A DNA stretch of 43,868 nt from a virus (IMGVR_UViG_3300032024_000167:1-43868), one strand, 5' to 3'; numbered from the stretch's first letter, positions 18,314 to 28,251 are shown. A program made the numbers and translations. The notes: generated by a model not told the origin, from the letters alone.

Positions 18314-20024
18314 CGCGTTGCGAATCCTTTCCTGGCTGCGGCTGATTCTTTGGTGGCTCATCCTGTTCGTCAGAGCCATCCAGGGAGCCCGTGAGCGAGA
18401 CTTTCACGGCCGACTCGCCGCCGTAGGCAAGTTCACGCCAGCTCAGCCCGGCGTCCGGATACTGAGTGTTGATCTCGTTGGCTTTCTCGATTGCCTTCAC
18501 GACCAGGATGGCACGGTCTTCAACAATCTCGGTCGTGAGATCGTCGTAGTCGATGCCGCGCTCTTGCGCGCGACGCCGGCCGCTCGTGAGGTTCTTCGTC
18601 AGACGCAGATCGTCGGCGGCCGCGTCCTGCACCGGTTGGATGTACGGCCAGCCGCGAGGAGTCCAGCGGTGCCCGAGAAGGTTGATGCCGCTCCGGATGC
18701 TCGCCCGAGCCATGACCGGATCCATCGCCATCCACTGGCGGACCTTCCACCGGAACACCGGCGAGTGAAACTGCGCGATCATGTCCGTCTGGATCTGCGT
18801 GAAGCGGAGCCTGGCCTGGTCGATGACGCCGCGGTACCCGTTGAAGTTGGTCTTACTGGCGTCCAACATAAAGACCATCTGCGGCAGGTCCAGGTTAATC
18901 GCAATGATCGACAGCAGCATGGCCGAGTGGTCGAAGAACGCTGGCGCCGGGATGTTCGCGGCCCACGGCTTGATTGTCTCGCCATTGACGCCACGAATGA
19001 CCTGTCCCGGAGAACCGCCTTCCTCGAATGCACTCGTACCGTCCGACCTGGTTACCTCCGTGCGAGCCCCGCCTTGCCGGTCCGGAGGTGCAATGTCCGC
19101 ATCCTTAAACTCGCGGATGATAGCTATGAACGACGACCGCTTCGCATTGACCATGGCCGCGAACTGCAGATCATCGTGGTACCTGGTCGGGAACACGATC
19201 GGAGCGAATGCGGACACGCCGCGCCGCTGATTGAACCGCCGCGGATCGTAGACCTGGAAGACCTGACGGTTCCCATCGTCGTCTCGTGCGGGAATTCGCC
19301 GCACTTTGGTGCGCGCCGTAAGGGCCCGCGTGCCGGCCAGGTTGTCGGACGTGAAGTGGAAGGCCTCACGTCGTTCGTTCCGGATCTCCACACCGTGGAT
19401 GATGCCGGTGCCGGCCGTGATCTTGCTGCCTTGACGGTGCGGGTTCCTGCACCGGTGGTTTTCGATCGCCTGCACCTTGCCATCGGTCGTCGGCAGGGAG
19501 AACACATCACCATCGACGATCCGGGTCCGGAGCATGCTCCGCACGAGCTGTTCCCAGTTGCGTTCACCCTCATAGTCGCAGTTCGAGGGCTCGGACGCCC
19601 AGTCGCGCCACCTGGCCATCAGCTCCGCGTCGAGTCCGGAATCCCCGGTCTCAATTTGCAGGCCGAACCCGTCTTGCACGATGTTCGCGACTGCGCGCGT
19701 GACGCCCTGGCCAATGATCATGTTGTCGCGATCGTCGAAGCGGGCCCGCTCGACGATCAGAAAGTACTGCTGCTCGCTCGAGTAGTGATAATCCGCCCCG
19801 GTACCAGACGGATTGACCCCCGGCGGTCGCGGCAAATATCGCGAAGACGATCCGGCGAAATAGCCCGCGTGCACGTCGTGCATCTGTTTGGCGAACGATC
19901 GATCGATGGAGTCGCCAGCGGCCAGAGCAGCAGCAGCGAATGAATCCGCGTAGTAGCGGCCAATCGCCGCGGCGTTCAGCCGCGCGGCCTCGCGTTGATC
20001 GAATCCGTTCGACTGGGCTTTCAT
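18297..20024 (-). CDS. Portal protein, lambda family (575 aa)
   Basis: RAR..DRDN, RGVSAFAP, NFNGYRG and WPYIQPVQD motifs; position. Confidence 0.9.
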   Translation of the reverse strand: MKAQSNGFDQREAARLNAAAIGRYYADSFAAAALAAGDSIDRSFAKQMHDVHAGYFAGSSSRYLPRPPGVNPSGTGADYHYSSEQQYFLIVERARFDDRDNMIIGQGVTRAVANIVQDGFGLQIETGDSGLDAELMARWRDWASEPSNCDYEGERNWEQLVRSMLRTRIVDGDVFSLPTTDGKVQAIENHRCRNPHRQGSKITAGTGIIHGVEIRNERREAFHFTSDNLAGTRALTARTKVRRIPARDDDGNRQVFQVYDPRRFNQRRGVSAFAPIVFPTRYHDDLQFAAMVNAKRSSFIAIIREFKDADIAPPDRQGGARTEVTRSDGTSAFEEGGSPGQVIRGVNGETIKPWAANIPAPAFFDHSAMLLSIIAINLDLPQMVFMLDASKTNFNGYRGVIDQARLRFTQIQTDMIAQFHSPVFRWKVRQWMAMDPVMARASIRSGINLLGHRWTPRGWPYIQPVQDAAADDLRLTKNLTSGRRRAQERGIDYDDLTTEIVEDRAILVVKAIEKANEINTQYPDAGLSWRELAYGGESAVKVSLTGSLDGSDEQDEPPKNQPQPGKDSQRDGKEE

Positions 20025-20326
20025 ACGCGTGAATCAAATTCCGTGAAGTCGACATCGAGCACCGCCGGTGTTGGATCGTCGGTACGATAGGCGGCCACAA
20101 AGGCACGTGCGTCTTTCAGCTCACCACGTAACACCTCCAGGTTGAACTCATGCTCTGCACCGGATGCTCCACCCTTGCGCTCACGCTGTGCGTACCGCAT
20201 CAAGAACCGCACGGCCGTAATGAAGGCACGTGCTTTCGCGACACTGCCGTCCTCTTCGTACGATGCGTTGTCGTCGTACGCAGCGAGTACTTCGGCCAGC
20301 GTGCTTGTGGAGCGGAGGGTTGACAT
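20021..20326 (-). CDS. gpW-like head completion protein (101 aa)
   Basis: Small gene directly upstream of the portal with ATGA overlap; start taken as MSTLRS. Confidence 0.55.
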   Translation of the reverse strand: MSTLRSTSTLAEVLAAYDDNASYEEDGSVAKARAFITAVRFLMRYAQRERKGGASGAEHEFNLEVLRGELKDARAFVAAYRTDDPTPAVLDVDFTEFDSRV

Positions 20327-20366
20327 GCCGAGAGCGGAATGTATCGGATTTTTTCTGTCAAGGCGC

Positions 20367-20404
20367 AAAAATAAAAAAAGGTCCTGCGCGAACAGGACCT
20401 TTTT
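20367..20404 (-). terminator. Intrinsic terminator (potentially bidirectional)
   Basis: AGGTCCTG-N6-CAGGACCT stem with T-tracts on both strands (TTTTTTATTTTT on minus). Confidence 0.75.
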
Positions 20405-20435
20405 ACAGAAACGACGGTGTTCGAAAAACAACTAG

Positions 20436-20936
20436 TTAAGAATCCACGGCGTTTGCCACGTATTCAAGCAATCGGCAAAGCACCTGCTCTTTGTTTTCGA
20501 TCGCCACTTTTTGATTTTCGTCCACGAATCGTTCTTCGGAATCCAAACATTCACCGTGAGCGAGCATTCCGAGCCGAATTCTCGCGAGCGCGAGACCTTG
20601 CGAAACGCTCAAACGACGCTGGCGAAATTCACGCGGCCACCCACGTTTCGAAATTTGGTACCCATCGCCGTCGACCAATTCGCCAATCGGAATTTTGATC
20701 GTCACAAATTTCGGCGCGTCGCTCAAAACTTCGTCGCTTTGTGCCGCGGCCGGAATATTTTCGGGCGAATCTTGTATTTCCTCCGCCTCGTCGTGAATAT
20801 CCTCTTCGGATTCCGGAATATCCGGAAAATCACCTGCGACGGTTGGCGGTGCCTTACGCGGACGACCTCGCCCGCGTTTTTCCTGCGGAATGCCGGGGAC
20901 TGGGACCGGAACGGAATTTTCCATCGAACTTGTCAT
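20436..20936 (-). CDS. Hypothetical protein with AT-hook and acidic tract (166 aa)
   Basis: KRGRGRPRK motif; ATGA overlap with the terminase stop. Confidence 0.7.
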   Translation of the reverse strand: MTSSMENSVPVPVPGIPQEKRGRGRPRKAPPTVAGDFPDIPESEEDIHDEAEEIQDSPENIPAAAQSDEVLSDAPKFVTIKIPIGELVDGDGYQISKRGWPREFRQRRLSVSQGLALARIRLGMLAHGECLDSEERFVDENQKVAIENKEQVLCRLLEYVANAVDS

Positions 20937-22987
20937 TGGTACTGACCTCCCATGTCGTAGAACGGCCGACCGTCCGGTGTCTCCGTCGCATCGGCCTGCA
21001 CGTGATAATCGGCCGCGACAGTCGCAGCCGACGGTTGAAGCGGTAGCAAATCGACGCCGCAAAATCTCGCGGCCGCTGACGCCAAATACGTCGCATCGAA
21101 AAAGTGATTCGCGCGGGAAAGCGTCTTCCAGATTTTCAATTCGCCCTTCTCGGGAAAAAATACTGTCGTCTCTCGCTCGGCGGCCAGGTGCCGGCAGAAC
21201 TGCGAATGGTCCCCGCTCTCGGGCACGAACAGCGTCATGGCGCCGGGCTGCAGCTCGCCGCCTTCGCCCATCACGGGCGTGAGCATCCGCGCGTGAACGA
21301 ACGACTTCCAGGCGTCCGCATTCACGATCGCTAGATCAGTCTGGTATTTTTTCAGCCGCGAAAAATAGAAATCATCGCCCACGTGGACTGTGTTGCGATC
21401 GCGTTTGAATTTCTCGGTGTACGGCCGGCGGTATTGCTTTCCGGCGCCACGACCAACAGCCGCATGGACGCGACGGTACCACTTTTCGGTCTGTTCGCAC
21501 TCGCGAGCAAATTTGAAAATTGTTTTCGTTCGCCAGCCGGCGTCGACCCACCATTGCAGCGGGAAAATCGTTTCCGCTGAGTTTTCCTGGGGAAAACCGC
21601 CGTCAAGAATCTTGTCTCGGATATACCGCAGGGCTGCCAGAATGGCCTTTTCCGGGCCCAGTCGCTTGGAAAAAACCTCCACGACCCCGTAATTGACGAC
21701 CGTCGCGCGAGCATCGTCGCTGCACCACGAAATCGCCACCCAGTGAATTTTCCTGTCGCCGATGTCCGTTGCCACCGTCACGACGTCATGATCGTACGGG
21801 ACGACGTTGCGTTGCGTGTTTCCCATGCGTTTCATGGCGGTGTAGGGGTCGAGAAAGTCGTCCTCTTCGTCGTCCGGCTTCCAGGGAATCGCGTACTGGA
21901 ACTGGTCGAGCGCCTTCTTGGCCGAATCCTGGTCCACATCGCGAGCCTTCGACCACTCAAGCGATCCAAGCATGGCCGATGACCGAAACGTGTTGTCGAC
22001 GGCAGACCACCGGAATCCGAGCGTGCGGGTTTTCGGAAGTTCGCCCAGGATGGTGCCGCTGCGGTCGATCGCCTGGCCGCGGTGAATGATTTTGCTCCGC
22101 GCATTGGCCTGAAATCGCTGCTTGTCAGTCCATTTCACGCCGCATGTAGGGCAACAAAAGCCTGCCATGTCGCCAGCGTCGATCTCGTTGTCGGCCGTCT
22201 GCCAACCGCGGAAGTGCTCGCGATCCGGCGTCACCCAGTGCGTGCAGGCCGGGCATGGCCGGACGATCCGTGATGCCGTTCCGGCCTGGTACCGGACCCA
22301 CGTTTGACCGATCGTCGTCGAGACGGTGCATTCCATCACGACAAAGGCGTCCAGATCGTACGCCAACGTACGGGCCAGCAGCTGCTCGATCGGATTCGAC
22401 TCGTCGCTCGTCTCGGTCGCCTCGCCACCGCCATCGGTCTCGGTGATGATCAGGTTTGGCGCCGTCTCACCGGCGCGGGATTTATCGCCGCCGCCAAAAC
22501 TCATGAACGTCAGGTGCGTGCCGTTCTGAAATTCGATCACCCGCAGCTTTGTGGCACCTTTCGAACCTGGTCCGCGCACCGGAAGAAACTCCGCGTAACG
22601 GCTCTCGCGAATTACCGGCCGGAGATCCTTGATCCACTTCGACGCGGCCATGTCCAAATTCGGCAGGCCAACGATCACGTCCTGCTGCTTCTCGAACAGG
22701 CAGTAGAGCGTCGGAATCACAAAGCAACAAAGCGTTTTTCCACTTTGAGACGGACCGGTCGCCACGTGGATCTGCCAACGCCGCGAATCGACCAGGTCGA
22801 ACCATAAGCCGCTGGCGGGCATCCTGTGACAACGAAACTGCTTGCCACGGTGTGGACCGTTGGGCAGGATAATTTCATCCTCGGCCCAGGCACGCATCGA
22901 GCGCGGCGGTCGCTCAAGCGAATGCTCAAGCAGGTACCGCGCCTCGGATGCCAATCCGAATTCAGCTTGCAATGTTGCTGCGGTCAC
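20933..22987 (-). CDS. Terminase large subunit (lambda GpA family)
   Basis: Walker A GPSQSGKT, IITETD Walker B, CPAC/CPTC, VATDIG nuclease motif, NHFFDA; GTG start inferred. Confidence 0.9.
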   Translation of the reverse strand: MTAATLQAEFGLASEARYLLEHSLERPPRSMRAWAEDEIILPNGPHRGKQFRCHRMPASGLWFDLVDSRRWQIHVATGPSQSGKTLCCFVIPTLYCLFEKQQDVIVGLPNLDMAASKWIKDLRPVIRESRYAEFLPVRGPGSKGATKLRVIEFQNGTHLTFMSFGGGDKSRAGETAPNLIITETDGGGEATETSDESNPIEQLLARTLAYDLDAFVVMECTVSTTIGQTWVRYQAGTASRIVRPCPACTHWVTPDREHFRGWQTADNEIDAGDMAGFCCPTCGVKWTDKQRFQANARSKIIHRGQAIDRSGTILGELPKTRTLGFRWSAVDNTFRSSAMLGSLEWSKARDVDQDSAKKALDQFQYAIPWKPDDEEDDFLDPYTAMKRMGNTQRNVVPYDHDVVTVATDIGDRKIHWVAISWCSDDARATVVNYGVVEVFSKRLGPEKAILAALRYIRDKILDGGFPQENSAETIFPLQWWVDAGWRTKTIFKFARECEQTEKWYRRVHAAVGRGAGKQYRRPYTEKFKRDRNTVHVGDDFYFSRLKKYQTDLAIVNADAWKSFVHARMLTPVMGEGGELQPGAMTLFVPESGDHSQFCRHLAAERETTVFFPEKGELKIWKTLSRANHFFDATYLASAAARFCGVDLLPLQPSAATVAADYHVQADATETPDGRPFYDMGGQYQ

Positions 22988-23627
22988 TCTCTGCCTTTGG
23001 TTTCTGGTTTTCGAATTTCTCGACGATGCGTTTTGCATCTTCCACGGCGGATTCCAAAATCTCGAACGCGCGCGGCCCGAATTCCGTCCGCAACTCGGCC
23101 GAGGCCTTACGGAAGGCATCGGCCACGAACTCGAAAGTCCGTCGAACTTCGTCCAGGTGACGGAGTTGGCCGCGCGCGGTCGCGTTCTCCATTTCGGCTC
23201 GATCCGCCTGCGCGCGGCGTAACCGTTGGATTTCCGCGTCCTTCGGACTCCCCGTTCCACACCTGGCTGACAACGCGTGCGCGTTCTCGGCCAAGAACTC
23301 GTGAAACGCTCGCACGAATGCCGTCAGGTCGATCGTGCGTCCACTGAACGGAAGCCCGTAGCGGTCCGCCTGTTCGTTGATCACCTTCGCCGCGCGGCCC
23401 GACATTTCGCGCCAGTGCTTCTGCGGAATCGATCGGTAGTGCTCCCATCGTCGTCGTTCGTCCTCCGCTCGCTCCCAGCGTCGCAGTGCTTCGCGCTCGT
23501 CGCGCGTCGTTGCTTCGCCGCGTTTTTGTTTTTCCGTCGCCTGCTGAGCCAGCTGGCGATCGATCTCCTGCGAGGCCGAAACCGTCGCATCCTGCTGTGA
23601 TTTGACCGTTGGTTTGGCCTTTGCCAT
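22962..23627 (-). CDS. Terminase small subunit (Nu1-like, 221 aa)
   Basis: HTH-like segment and RLRRAQADRAEMEN...GQL pattern; upstream of the large subunit. Confidence 0.75.
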   Translation of the reverse strand: MAKAKPTVKSQQDATVSASQEIDRQLAQQATEKQKRGEATTRDEREALRRWERAEDERRRWEHYRSIPQKHWREMSGRAAKVINEQADRYGLPFSGRTIDLTAFVRAFHEFLAENAHALSARCGTGSPKDAEIQRLRRAQADRAEMENATARGQLRHLDEVRRTFEFVADAFRKASAELRTEFGPRAFEILESAVEDAKRIVEKFENQKPKAESDRSNIAS

Positions 23628-23629
23628 CC

Positions 23630-23750
23630 TTGCCTAGACCCCCTCCCGTGGGTTGGAACTAACCGAAAATCTCACTTGTGGACGCATCTTTGCGGCTCGA
23701 TCGCCTGGCGGAGCCTCGCGGGCCCCGGGGGGCCTAAAAAGGACCCGCCG
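23630..23750 (-). other. Candidate cos region with cosQ-like GGGTCCT
   Basis: GGGTCCT on minus at 23740-23746 in the intergenic region upstream of the small terminase, as in lambda. Confidence 0.45.
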
Positions 23751-23756
23751 CATGCA

Positions 23757-24038
23757 CTATGTGCCATTTATCCCAATTGCCCCTATGACAGACCCCTTCC
23801 GTCGTTGCCCACTGACCGCACTGTGTGGCTCTGGCGTTGTTGATCGATGCGATGGGCTTCGGCGCGATTGCTCTTCCTGTGGCGACCAGGTGCGTTGGAT
23901 GGCCAAGCACTGTTCGCGAATCTCTTCCTCGGTTGGCTCGTACGCCGTCATGGTAGCAACACAACGCGGACACCGAGTCCAAGTACGTGCGTCCCACGTG
24001 TACTTGCAAACCTCGCACGTCGTCATGATCTCGCACAT
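23757..24038 (-). CDS. Hypothetical Zn-ribbon protein
   Basis: CEVC...CPRC and PTEEEIREQCLAIQRTWS; start uncertain (24038 or 24119). Confidence 0.55.
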   Translation of the reverse strand: MCEIMTTCEVCKYTWDARTWTRCPRCVATMTAYEPTEEEIREQCLAIQRTWSPQEEQSRRSPSHRSTTPEPHSAVSGQRRKGSVIGAIGINGT

Positions 24039-24115
24039 GTCACGCCCCTTGCTTCTCGAACGCGATCCAATCGCCCTCGTCGTCGTGCAGCTCACGCACT
24101 GTCCAGCCTGGCATG

Positions 24116-24475
24116 TCACCCATGTCCACGGATCGGTGGATCCACTGCGCGCTCACCACGTCGCAGGCTGGGCATCCAGGTGAGCGATCCGTCGGGCCTC
24201 TGGACCAACATCCAACGTTCGCCAATCAACGAGCGTGATGGCCATGGCTCGCAAACAGAACACCGCAGCGGTCCACCGTAGCGCAGTCGCCAGAATTCCG
24301 GAGACCAGCACTCCAGGCACGGTATTGGATTCTCTGTTGGAAGTTCACAACTGGTCGCTCGTTGGCTTTTTTGGTCTCGGATAACCGTGTTCTCGACGGA
24401 TGCGAAACAAGAGACCGCCTCCGTCGTTGATGTCGGTGTCGACTGGCGAATTCGATTCCTGGTCAGAACTCCCAT
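24116..24475 (-). CDS. Hypothetical Zn-finger protein
   Basis: CLEC...CSVC; overlaps the upstream ORF, start uncertain. Confidence 0.45.
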   Translation of the reverse strand: MGVLTRNRIRQSTPTSTTEAVSCFASVENTVIRDQKSQRATSCELPTENPIPCLECWSPEFWRLRYGGPLRCSVCEPWPSRSLIGERWMLVQRPDGSLTWMPSLRRGERAVDPPIRGHG

Positions 24476-25076
24476 TGTGCTGCTCCTCAACCGTCTCGGT
24501 GTGTTGGCCTTGCGAAGGGTCGCTATCTGGCAGAATTGGTTCGGTTGGCTCTATCGAATCAATTTCATGCTCGAACAAAACCGTGATGTTTTCGTTTTCA
24601 AATATTCTCTGAAACACATTTACCTCAACACCGTCGCCAACGTACTGATGCACGACCAGGCAGCAAGCCTCAATCGCTTTCATTTGCCTCAGAATGGTGG
24701 GGTAGTCGTCTCCGATGAATGGTTTGCACTCAATGCGAATGCCATGGCCAACCACCACGTCAGCGCCTTTGACTTCGAACCGAGGGGTTCCAAGTTTAGA
24801 TCTGCTGACAGGCCGGCCCGTGAACGCAATTGCGAATTTCCAAAGAAACTCCTCATCGAGAAATCGGGCCTGCAGGCGGTTGTGTTCTGGGCTGTCATCG
24901 CCGGCCGCGAAATTGTTCACGATAAGCGTGTAGAAGGTCATGTAGCGATCACGGAACCACGGCTGTGCTGCGAGCCAGTTGCAGTACTCCGGATCGTTCT
25001 GCAGAACTTCGGCCGGCTGGCCTTTGTACTTTCCAAACGGAATGACCGGAGATTTGTTTTGAAACGAATCTGTCAT
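24345..25076 (-). CDS. Protein with PFGKYKG domain and possible PD-(D/E)xK nuclease-like domain (243 aa)
   Basis: IPFGKYKGQ...DPEYCNWL (DUF3820/ExoX C-terminal-like); ADVVV...IECK. Confidence 0.6.
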   Translation of the reverse strand: MTDSFQNKSPVIPFGKYKGQPAEVLQNDPEYCNWLAAQPWFRDRYMTFYTLIVNNFAAGDDSPEHNRLQARFLDEEFLWKFAIAFTGRPVSRSKLGTPRFEVKGADVVVGHGIRIECKPFIGDDYPTILRQMKAIEACCLVVHQYVGDGVEVNVFQRIFENENITVLFEHEIDSIEPTEPILPDSDPSQGQHTETVEEQHNGSSDQESNSPVDTDINDGGGLLFRIRREHGYPRPKKPTSDQL

Positions 25077-25095
25077 GCTGATTTCCCTTGAAAAC

Positions 25096-25287
25096 CCAAG
25101 TGCACCAAGTGCACCGAATGCACCATGAACCCCTATCCCCCCCTATACACGTGTATTCATGTGTATTACCTATATATCTATCTATTGATTTATTGAAAAC
25201 AAATTAAGTAATGGTGCACATGGTGCACATGGTGAAACTGTTGATGTCAAACGACTTGTGACGCACCATGCTCACCATGTGCACCAT
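25096..25287. other. Putative replication origin: 9-bp-period iterons around an AT-rich core
   Basis: Three clusters of GTGCACCA(T)-like repeats (about 25099-25128 direct, 25211-25234 inverted, 25261-25287 direct) with an AT-rich tract at about 25144-25210, immediately downstream of the primase-helicase gene. Confidence 0.75.
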
Positions 25288-27773
25288 CAGAATTTAGAGT
25301 TTTCACTCAACCCACCGCCTTGGCGATACGACATGCCGAAGTAGGACCACGTCCTGGAACCTCCAGACTGGAATTGCTTCCTCGTTACTACGTCTTTCAA
25401 TGGTGCACTTCTTGTCACCTCTTTGCCAAATCCACGGTTCGAAAGCGGCCTGTATCCGTCCGCTTCACACCACTTTCGATAGTGGTCGTAGAGCAGCGCG
25501 CAGGACACTTTTTCGTCAGCATCAATGACGACGTTTTCGGCCAAAAACTCACGCACCGGATTGCCCTCCAGGCGGTAGTCTTCGACCGCTTTTTCGCACT
25601 TCTCGGAGACCGTGAACGATCCGTTCTCTTTGAGCCGGCGTAGCCCGTCGATCGCCCACATCAAGATTCCAGGCAGCTCGCCGCTCTGTTCCCACCACCA
25701 GGGTTTGTCCATGTTCTGGATTCGCTTACTGGCCGGCACCTGGAGGTTGAGCGGAACGACAATCATGCGTCTCCAAATGCCGTCTGATTTATCCGAGAAC
25801 CGTGGACGATTATTGCACCCGATCATCAGGCGAGCCGTTGGGTAGGCCTCCAGCGGAGCAATTCCCTTTCGATCGAACATCATGCGTTCACCGGCCGTGA
25901 ACGACTTCAAATTGCCTTCCGACTGTTTTTCGATTTCGCCGGCGTCCGGGGCAATGTTCGCCAGTTTTCCAATAGTCTGAGTTTTGGAAAATCGATCACC
26001 GAATATTTCGAGCGGCACGTGGGAGACGTTGTCCGTTCCGAGCATGGCCTCGATTGCCGCGAAGTAGACGGATTTTCCGTTCGCCCCCTCACCTTCGAGA
26101 ACCAAGAATTTTTGCTGGCCGGTATCTGGAAGCAGTAGGTAGCCTGCCCATTCTTGGAGGATCGCGATTCGCTGCTGATCCCCCTCAAGGTTGTATTCAA
26201 GGAAACTCATCCATTTTGGACAGTCAGAATCTGGATCGAATCGGTACGGCAAGCAGACCGTAGAAAACCAGCGTGGTGAATGGTCCATCAGCACACTGTC
26301 CGCGTCGGAGAATAATGCCTCGATATCCAAAAGGCCATTTTCCAGGGCGATCAATTGTCGCGGCTCACGAACTCCGTGCGCGTCGTCAATCCACGTCCCG
26401 AGTTCCAGGTGAGCCGGTGTGATGACCATCGACTTCGTAGCGGCCATGACGTTGCGTGTTAGGGCCTGGGTGACCTTTTTGACTTCTCCAACTCGCTTGG
26501 TGGGATCCTTTTGGTCGTCGATGTTCTGCCGGTCGAATTCTTCCTTAACGGCCAGACAAACTTTCGCCTCGAGCTCCCCGGACGGGATTTTCCGATAGCG
26601 GTTGCGTTTCCATACGTACCACTCGTCTCGCCAATTACGAATTGTGGCGCCGTCGAACCGCATGGCGTACCGCTGCAGGTTCATTTTTGCCAGGCGGTGC
26701 GGATCGTCGATCGATTCGATTGCCGAGGTTATCGACGCTGTTGGTTTCTCGAGCGGCGTGGCCTCGGCCACCAGTTGGTCGAAATCGGCTCGCGTGTGGC
26801 CATCCGAAAAATAGTCTCGCAGGTCGTTTCCGTGGTCCGCCCTGATTTCGTAGGGGAGGCGAACATGTTTGCAGCTGGCAGCATGCTCGGCCGCGAATGG
26901 CGCCCAGCCTGGCCGCTCTTCCACGTAGGTGGCACCGCTTTCCCCGGCTTCGTCCGCATCGTGGACGACAATCACGTCCTTTGCTGAAAAGTAGTCCGCT
27001 AGTCCGGCGACCTTCCGCGGGTCTTCCTTGGCGCCGTGGACGTTGCAGACCACGTCTTCGAAGTCGGCCGGCCCCTGCGAAAGCAAGGCCATGGCGTCTG
27101 ATGGGCCCTCAGTCTTTACGATCGTAGTTCCGCCGGCAAAGTGTCCGATTAGCCCTGGCTGCGTGCCAGGCATTGTTTTGATTTTCACCCAGGTGACGGA
27201 GCCGCTTTCCGAGTACGCCGGTAGCGTTTTTCCATTGAGCGGGAGAATTACCCAACCAATCGGGTCGCCGTCTGGCTTGGCTGGCGATCGTACGGGCAGG
27301 GCAATTACCTGCCACTGGCCGCGATAGGTCGCGATTCGGCCACCGACCAAACGGACAGCATCGGGAGTGATCGGCGGCTTTCTCTCACACCACATGGAGA
27401 CCAGGATTTCATTCCAGTCGCGAAATTCCAGGTGCTCAGCCGGATTCGCGTTTCGGTCCTTCCGCTTCCGGCCGTTTTTGGACGGCTTGATTCCGAGGTA
27501 GTCGGCGACCAGGCCCAGGACGGTCACGAAGTCGCGACCGAGCAACCACTGAACAACGGAAAATCCGTCTCCGTTCTTCGCTGTGAAGCACTGGTTGCAG
27601 ATGGCGCCACCGGATTCATCCGCGAAGAACCGGAATCGGTCCGTGCCGCCGCACTTGGGGCAGGGGTGATGTTTCCCGTCCAGGATGGATAGGTCGACTC
27701 CGGCCAGGCGCGAGACGATCTCGCCCCACCTGGTTGCTGCAGCATCCCGCACGACTTCGATGTCGTATGCCAT
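25287..27773 (-). CDS. P4-family primase-helicase (Zn-binding, Toprim, D5/SF3 helicase)
   Basis: HHPCPKCGGTDRF, TEGPSDA, HDADEAG, GEGANGKS, NNRP; start taken as MAYDIE. Confidence 0.92.
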   Translation of the reverse strand: MAYDIEVVRDAAATRWGEIVSRLAGVDLSILDGKHHPCPKCGGTDRFRFFADESGGAICNQCFTAKNGDGFSVVQWLLGRDFVTVLGLVADYLGIKPSKNGRKRKDRNANPAEHLEFRDWNEILVSMWCERKPPITPDAVRLVGGRIATYRGQWQVIALPVRSPAKPDGDPIGWVILPLNGKTLPAYSESGSVTWVKIKTMPGTQPGLIGHFAGGTTIVKTEGPSDAMALLSQGPADFEDVVCNVHGAKEDPRKVAGLADYFSAKDVIVVHDADEAGESGATYVEERPGWAPFAAEHAASCKHVRLPYEIRADHGNDLRDYFSDGHTRADFDQLVAEATPLEKPTASITSAIESIDDPHRLAKMNLQRYAMRFDGATIRNWRDEWYVWKRNRYRKIPSGELEAKVCLAVKEEFDRQNIDDQKDPTKRVGEVKKVTQALTRNVMAATKSMVITPAHLELGTWIDDAHGVREPRQLIALENGLLDIEALFSDADSVLMDHSPRWFSTVCLPYRFDPDSDCPKWMSFLEYNLEGDQQRIAILQEWAGYLLLPDTGQQKFLVLEGEGANGKSVYFAAIEAMLGTDNVSHVPLEIFGDRFSKTQTIGKLANIAPDAGEIEKQSEGNLKSFTAGERMMFDRKGIAPLEAYPTARLMIGCNNRPRFSDKSDGIWRRMIVVPLNLQVPASKRIQNMDKPWWWEQSGELPGILMWAIDGLRRLKENGSFTVSEKCEKAVEDYRLEGNPVREFLAENVVIDADEKVSCALLYDHYRKWCEADGYRPLSNRGFGKEVTRSAPLKDVVTRKQFQSGGSRTWSYFGMSYRQGGGLSENSKF

Positions 27774-27849
27774 CGCTCCCTCGATCCTTCCGGTCACCTA
27801 ACGGACGATTGCCCTGCTTGTTGCCAGACCAACGCATCACAGCCCAGCG

Positions 27850-28251
27850 TCAACCTTCGAATGTTCCAATAATCTCCAGGATTCGCGTCAATCGCCGAAC
27901 TGGGTTATCGAGCCTGCCTGCCTCGCTCGCGATCTTGGTGAGTATCTTCAATGTCTTCAGGCGATATGAGAAGTCGTCACAAGCTCGAAACGTGGCGAGC
28001 TGCTCGGTTCTTGCGTGCCACTCCCTCGACAGCCAATACACGTCCTTGTCGCGTTCCTTCGCCTCAGTTACCAACGCCCGCGCTTCCGCGAGCTGCGTTT
28101 CCAGTTCCGCAATCCGCGTGTCCTTGATGCTCATAACCCGCATTACACCGTCCAGCGGACTGCCGTCGAATTCTGTTGCCCCTGGTTGCTCCTCCAGCCA
28201 CGCGCGAATATCTCGCACCCACTGCTCGTACACATGACTAGTTAGGTCCAT
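27850..28251 (-). CDS. Hypothetical coiled-coil protein (133 aa)
   Basis: Tightly packed ORF in the early operon. Confidence 0.6.
   Translation of the reverse strand: MDLTSHVYEQWVRDIRAWLEEQPGATEFDGSPLDGVMRVMSIKDTRIAELETQLAEARALVTEAKERDKDVYWLSREWHARTEQLATFRACDDFSYRLKTLKILTKIASEAGRLDNPVRRLTRILEIIGTFEG

Noticed and set aside
18231-19943. 570-aa plus-strand ORF and other long antisense ORFs (e.g. 17393..18394, 32826..33692)
   Set aside because: Shadow frames of GC-rich minus-strand genes with no recognisable motifs.
25096-25287. CRISPR array
   Set aside because: Repeats are about 9 bp, contiguous, in both orientations and without spacers; they fit iterons.
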